Shown here: in pieces, positions 59,231 to 64,000 of the stretch
Layout of the letters: each line of letters begins with the position of its first letter
How positions within the stretch are numbered: the stretch's first letter is position 1
Assembly (NCBI GenBank): GCA_963666275.2
Contig: CAXXOA010000001.1
Span: forward strand, 1,792,001-1,856,000
Length of the DNA stretch: 64,000 nucleotides
From: Oceanispirochaeta sp.
GTDB taxonomy: Bacteria > Spirochaetota > Spirochaetia > DSM-2461
Direction of reading: 5' to 3'
Notes under the pieces: generated by a model
Told to the model about the DNA's origin: nothing
The model's input: the letters and a program-made list of their open reading frames with translations, nothing else
The model's database searches: none
Position numbers and translations under genes: made by a program

Positions 59231-60811
59231 GTGAAAAGAGGACCATTTGCCGGTAGAACAATAAGCATCGTCAATGATCTGTCCCGGGATGAACAGCTGT
59301 ACCTATACAGAAAAACAGCAGAACTGAAGAAAAAATATCTCAATAACGAAGATGTTTCGGAATTCAGGATTAATGACCCGGATATGTCTGCCTATCTGAT
59401 ATTTATGGAGAACAGTACCAGGACGAAAGAGTCCTTCCGTAATGCTGCTCAGTTCCATGATATCAAACTGAATATATTTGATGCCCAGAGCTCGTCTTTC
59501 AGTAAACAGGAAAGTTATCTTGATACCATAAAAATGCTTTTCGGTTACAGCAAAAGATCCCTGTTTATCATGAGGACAGGGGAGGAAGGGGTCTGCCGCT
59601 TTCTGGATGAGGAACTGGATAAATATGCGGAAAAAACCGGCTATGACAGAGCTGCCTTTATCAACGGCGGTGATGGAAAGCATGAACACCCCACCCAGGA
59701 ATTTCTGGATGAGTTTACTTTTCTTGAAAAAAAAGACTGGGACAACAGCGAAATCCATATTGTTCTGACAGGAGACCTCTATCATGGAAGAACAGTCCAT
59801 TCCAAAGTGGCGGGACTCAACATCTTTGAAAAGGTCAAGGTTGACCTGATAGCTCCTTCAGAGCTTGCCATGCCTGATTACTACGAAAGACAGATGGTGC
59901 ACAACGGCTTCGAAGTCCGGAAATTCGACTCCATAAAGGAGTATCTGGGGCAGGAGGATATCGCTGATATCTGGTATTTTACGCGTCTCCAGCTGGAACG
60001 GATGGGTGACAAAGTCAAAGAGAAAGAACAGCAGCTGCGTGATGCCGTTACTTTTCGGAAAGAGTATATGGACAAGGTTCCTGGGAGTTCAAAATTTTAC
60101 CATCCTCTTCCCCGGCATAAAGTGTATCCCGTTATCCCCGGATTCCTTGATGAAACAGATTTTAACGGATGGGATGAGCAGAGTATCAATGGTTTTTTTA
60201 CAAGGACTATTGAAATTGCCATGGTCGGAGGTAAACTGGGCGATGACTTCAGGGGATCCGGCTACGACAGTCCCGAAGGAGCTGATGATTTCATTGAACC
60301 CATCGCTATTACCCGGAAATCTCTGGTACAGGATAAATACAAAGTCGGTATTAAACCTGTGGATGAAGGGATTGTCATTGATCATATCGGCAAGGGTGAG
60401 GACGTGGAAACCATCTGGCATATGATTGATAAAATACGGAGAATCCTGAAACTGAACTGCCGCAGTTCCCATGGTGTTTTTCATACAGGTGATGGAAATA
60501 CCTTCAAAGGGATTATCTCTCTTCCGGACATTCTCTCCCTGAATGATGTGGATATCAAAAAACTGGCAGCTGTAGCTCCCGGATGTACATTGAACCGGAT
60601 CTCAGATCAATCGGTGAAAGAGAAGTTCAGACTTCATATGCCTCCCAAGATATACAATTTTGAGGAGATCTCCTGTAAAAATGAGAACTGCATCTCACAT
60701 CCTCAGAAATTTCAGCATGTAAAAACATTCTTCATACGGTCTGATGAGAACAGATTTGTCTGCAAGTACTGTGAGAAGAGTCACTCTTTTAATGAGATCT
60801 GGGATATCTAA
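59231..60811 (+). CDS. pyrBI: Bifunctional aspartate carbamoyltransferase catalytic/regulatory fusion
   Basis: ENSTRT, HEHPTQ, GDLYHGRTVHS, HPLPR (PyrB); GIVIDHI and CKNENCIS..CKYCE zinc site (PyrI). Confidence 0.92.
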   Translation: MKRGPFAGRTISIVNDLSRDEQLYLYRKTAELKKKYLNNEDVSEFRINDPDMSAYLIFMENSTRTKESFRNAAQFHDIKLNIFDAQSSSFSKQESYLDTIKMLFGYSKRSLFIMRTGEEGVCRFLDEELDKYAEKTGYDRAAFINGGDGKHEHPTQEFLDEFTFLEKKDWDNSEIHIVLTGDLYHGRTVHSKVAGLNIFEKVKVDLIAPSELAMPDYYERQMVHNGFEVRKFDSIKEYLGQEDIADIWYFTRLQLERMGDKVKEKEQQLRDAVTFRKEYMDKVPGSSKFYHPLPRHKVYPVIPGFLDETDFNGWDEQSINGFFTRTIEIAMVGGKLGDDFRGSGYDSPEGADDFIEPIAITRKSLVQDKYKVGIKPVDEGIVIDHIGKGEDVETIWHMIDKIRRILKLNCRSSHGVFHTGDGNTFKGIISLPDILSLNDVDIKKLAAVAPGCTLNRISDQSVKEKFRLHMPPKIYNFEEISCKNENCISHPQKFQHVKTFFIRSDENRFVCKYCEKSHSFNEIWDI

Positions 60812-60840
60812 CAGTCCTTTGTACTGTTCAATCCTGAAAT

Positions 60841-60872
60841 AAAAAAAGAGTCCCTTTCCGGGACTCTTTTTT
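60841..60872. terminator. Bidirectional terminator between pyrBI and the PBP1A gene
   Basis: A7-GAGTCCC/GGGACTC-T6. Confidence 0.85.
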
Positions 60873-60922
60873 ATTGTTACCCATACAGGGCATTCCCCGG
60901 AGGGAAACTTTTCCCTGGGAGA

Positions 60923-63460
60923 TTAATCCAGCAGGTAGGTGTTCTCGCTGCTGCTCTGATCATTGGAAAAGGGATCATCCAGCAGAAAATCCATCATTCC
61001 GGAATCAATTTCGTCATACCCTGTGTCTGTATCGGAGGAATCACTAAAAGGATCTTCCAAAAGACCCACACCGTCCACACTGATCATTTCGGTGGCAAAA
61101 TCATTCAGGTACTTCTGAGTCATAGTTTCATCTCTGGACTGCTCAAAGGGGTGGATAGTACAAAAGCCTTTCGGCTCTGTTCCGGCCAGGAATATTTCAT
61201 GGATGGTTTCCGGACAGAGATCTGTCGGCAGAGATCCGGATTCCTCACAGACTTCCATTTCCACTAGTCCCGTATTGGGTTTGGCAAACTGTTTAACAGG
61301 AAGCTGGCTGTTGATGTAGGCCATGTATTCACCCCACATCCATCCTGTTGCGGTGGCACCAGTCTGATTGACACCGAGCGAACTTCCCCTCTGGTCAAAA
61401 CCGGCCCACATGATGGTGGTAAAATAGGGAGAGAATCCGGAGGTCCAGGCATCAGCCCAGTTCTGGGTTGTTCCGGTTTTTCCTCCCATGGGCATCCTTG
61501 CAAATCCGTCAACATAACGGGGGAGGTGCTTCAGAGTTCCCTCCTGTACTGTGGACTGGAGAAGATTTACCATAATATAGGCTTCCTGAGGACTCATGAC
61601 CTGAAGATCCTCTTTTTTCTGTTCATCCCGGAGTTCCCGTTCAGGATTCAGGATGATTTCACCATTCCTGTCCTCAACATAGCGGATCGCAATGGGTTCC
61701 ACAGATTTTCCCTGATTGGGAAATGTGGCAAAGGCCCTTGCCATCCGGATGGGGGAAATTGTAATAACACCCAGTCCGAGGGGGTATACCCGTGGAAACC
61801 GTCTTCCGATTTCTACAGGATCGGAGATTCCCAGCAGACGGGAAGCCCTGTTAATGGCCGCTTCAAATCCGATTCCCTCCAGAACCGTGATGGAAGGAAC
61901 ATTCATGGAGTGAGCCAGAGCCTCTCTGAGCCTTACTGCGCCCTCCCATTCGCCTTTGTAGTTCATAGGAGTATAGGAGGACCCGTCAGGACTGCGGAAG
62001 ACTTTGGGGCCGTCATAGATCCTTGTGGCAGGGGTGTATTTGCGGGAGGAGATGGCTGCTGAATAGTAAAGGGGTTTAAAAGTGGACCCCGGCATCAATT
62101 CACCGTCTACAGCCCTGTTGAACTGGTTGGTTCTGCTGAACTCGCTGCCGCCGATCATAGCCAGGATGTAACCTGTCTCATTTTCCAGTGTTATAAGAGC
62201 CGATTCAACTGTAGACTGCTGGTTCTTCTGAACAGAATTGTTGTAGGAGAACTGAGCCAGATAGTTCATGTCGCTCATACCGAACATGAGAGAGAGCACA
62301 TCCATGGTGGGATTTATGTTTTCGTAAAACTCATCTTTTGCCCGAATGCGTTCCTGGGAACCGGCAATCCGGATATCTTCTATGTTAAATACAAGAGAAA
62401 GAAGATCAATCATTGGTACATACTGATCATCCACAACATCCATTCTATTTCCGATGTTCTCTCTATAATTCTTATTCCAGCGGACAAGACCCTGTTTTAC
62501 AATTTCATCCGCTTTCTGCTGGAAATCCAGGTTCAGAGTCGTATGAACAGTGTAGCCGTCCCGATAGATATCCTGTTTTCCATAGAGCATTTCATCAAGT
62601 TCCGTCCGGATATACTCGCTGAACCAGGGCGCCTGATCCTCCCTGTCAAAGAAAGCGGTGGTCTGATTGTCCCGGGACCAGTCATAGCGGTTATTCCAGT
62701 AATCAGCCATGGTAAGATCCGCATCCTGTCTGGTGATGTAACCGTTGTTAACCATCTGGTCAACGATCTCACTCTGGACTTTTCTGGCTCTCTCGGGATA
62801 GCGGATGGGGGAATAGAGACCGGGGCGTACAAGCTGGATAACAAGCATGACAGACTCGGCTACTGTATTTTCTTCTGCGGAATGGCGGAAAAAGAATTCC
62901 GATGCCGCTTCCACACCGTATGTATTGTGACCGAAAGGCATCTTGTTGATATACATTTCCAGAATTTCATACTTGGTAAGCTGTCTTTCCAGCTGGAAGG
63001 CCCACCAGAGCTCTTTCAGTTTTCTGGTGACAGAGATATCGCTTCTGTCTGCATATAAATGACCGGCCAGCTGCTGTGTCAGAGTACTTCCTCCGGAAAA
63101 ATACTGGCCTGTTATAATTTTAACAACCGCCCGGACGGTACCGTACAGGGAAAATCCGTTGTGTTTGAAAAAAGAGCCGTCTTCCCTTGTGATAAGGGCA
63201 TAAATGAGACTTTCGGGAAGATCATTGATTGATACTATTTCTCTTTTTTCATCGGAAAAAAATTCTGTGATCAGATTGCCGTTAATATCAAGGATCTGTG
63301 AGGGAAGGGCCGGATTATCCTCTCCGAAGTTTTCCATATTCTTGATATTGTAATTGGTGGCAAGCATCAATCCTGTTGAAATGCCAATCCCTGCAGTAAA
63401 GAGGGCCAGAAGGGACGTAAAAATCAGTACAATCAGTTTGCGCTTACCAGTAAAAATCAT
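60923..63460 (-). CDS. Class A penicillin-binding protein (PBP1A family)
   Basis: Transglycosylase EDGSFFKHNG, GGSTLTQQL, RKLKE; transpeptidase STFK, SMN, KTG motifs. Confidence 0.93.
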   Translation of the reverse strand: MIFTGKRKLIVLIFTSLLALFTAGIGISTGLMLATNYNIKNMENFGEDNPALPSQILDINGNLITEFFSDEKREIVSINDLPESLIYALITREDGSFFKHNGFSLYGTVRAVVKIITGQYFSGGSTLTQQLAGHLYADRSDISVTRKLKELWWAFQLERQLTKYEILEMYINKMPFGHNTYGVEAASEFFFRHSAEENTVAESVMLVIQLVRPGLYSPIRYPERARKVQSEIVDQMVNNGYITRQDADLTMADYWNNRYDWSRDNQTTAFFDREDQAPWFSEYIRTELDEMLYGKQDIYRDGYTVHTTLNLDFQQKADEIVKQGLVRWNKNYRENIGNRMDVVDDQYVPMIDLLSLVFNIEDIRIAGSQERIRAKDEFYENINPTMDVLSLMFGMSDMNYLAQFSYNNSVQKNQQSTVESALITLENETGYILAMIGGSEFSRTNQFNRAVDGELMPGSTFKPLYYSAAISSRKYTPATRIYDGPKVFRSPDGSSYTPMNYKGEWEGAVRLREALAHSMNVPSITVLEGIGFEAAINRASRLLGISDPVEIGRRFPRVYPLGLGVITISPIRMARAFATFPNQGKSVEPIAIRYVEDRNGEIILNPERELRDEQKKEDLQVMSPQEAYIMVNLLQSTVQEGTLKHLPRYVDGFARMPMGGKTGTTQNWADAWTSGFSPYFTTIMWAGFDQRGSSLGVNQTGATATGWMWGEYMAYINSQLPVKQFAKPNTGLVEMEVCEESGSLPTDLCPETIHEIFLAGTEPKGFCTIHPFEQSRDETMTQKYLNDFATEMISVDGVGLLEDPFSDSSDTDTGYDEIDSGMMDFLLDDPFSNDQSSSENTYLLD

Positions 63461-63505
63461 AGTCTAAAAGTACGTGTGACCCGGGAGTTTGTCAAGAAGG
63501 GGAGG

Positions 63506-64000
63506 TCATTGCTTTTCAAGCAATATTTCAGGAATCATGGTGATTCTGAAAGAATCCCGCATTTCTGCTGTAAATTCCCGGCTGAGCTGGTAATCTCCGA
63601 TTTCAAATCGAATGATATGGGTCCCGGGCTGTACTTCAAAAGATTGAGAGAGTTCTTCCGGAGTCACAGGTTTTTCATCCAGGAATACTTTCATTCCCTC
63701 TATCGTATTAATACGCAGTGTGGGAAACTGCTGCTGCAGAACATGGTCCAGAACAAGTGTCTCTCCGGCGGAAAGAGCGAATTCGATCGTATCCTCCACT
63801 CCGGATTCACTTCTTATCTGAATCGTATGAAGTCCTGCATCCACGACTGTATCACGGGAGGGATCCTCCATGATTTTCCCGTCTATCTGAAAATAAAGGG
63901 GATCCTCTACCGGAAGCCCCTGGCTGTTGAGAACATTCAGCCTGACAATTCCTTTCTGGAAATATACAGGTTCAACCTTATAGGAAACACGGGCATTGTA
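63506..64000 (-). CDS. Hypothetical protein, partial (5' end beyond the window), PEGA-like beta-sandwich repeats
   Basis: The frame stays open from 64000 (YNARVSYKVEPVYFQKG...) through the ORF-track ORF; GLHTIQI and PGTHIIRF repeats. Confidence 0.7.
   Translation of the reverse strand, partial: YNARVSYKVEPVYFQKGIVRLNVLNSQGLPVEDPLYFQIDGKIMEDPSRDTVVDAGLHTIQIRSESGVEDTIEFALSAGETLVLDHVLQQQFPTLRINTIEGMKVFLDEKPVTPEELSQSFEVQPGTHIIRFEIGDYQLSREFTAEMRDSFRITMIPEILLEKQ

Overview
Bacterial chromosomal window, most likely from a free-living spirochaete (Spirochaetia). This is inferred from a P83/100-family antigen, a fused PyrB-PyrI, a long NDK, a groES unlinked to groEL and spirochaete-type lipoproteins. 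From about 4.0 kb to the right end it is mostly housekeeping and envelope genes: plsC-like, msrAB, ttcA, hflX, M23 peptidase, metA, uvrD-like, gpmI, glpK, prfC, a complete MoxR-DUF58-BatA-E operon with a frameshifted DUF58 gene, dsbD, ndk, lysC, JAB-DinG, groES, an RpoS-like sigma factor, ppdK, ABC-F, rex, rlmD-like, pyrBI and PBP1A. The first ~3.75 kb is an accessory island that probably continues left of the window. It holds two near-identical copies of an Rhs core segment with different AT-rich C-terminal/immunity modules, a reverse-oriented RelE/HigB-HigA toxin-antitoxin pair with a relic of a second antitoxin, and two related attC-like hairpins placed downstream of the immunity genes. The most interesting hypothesis is an Rhs polymorphic-toxin array carrying integron-like recombination sites. 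Other notable signals are a papain-fold-like toxin tip, a sigma54 promoter with a candidate enhancer in front of the RpoS-like sigma gene, several apparently leaderless genes, and an AT-rich swapped module in a FecR/lipoprotein operon. No rRNA, tRNA, CRISPR array, transposase or integrase was recognised. All calls come from motif reading by eye; no database searches were run.
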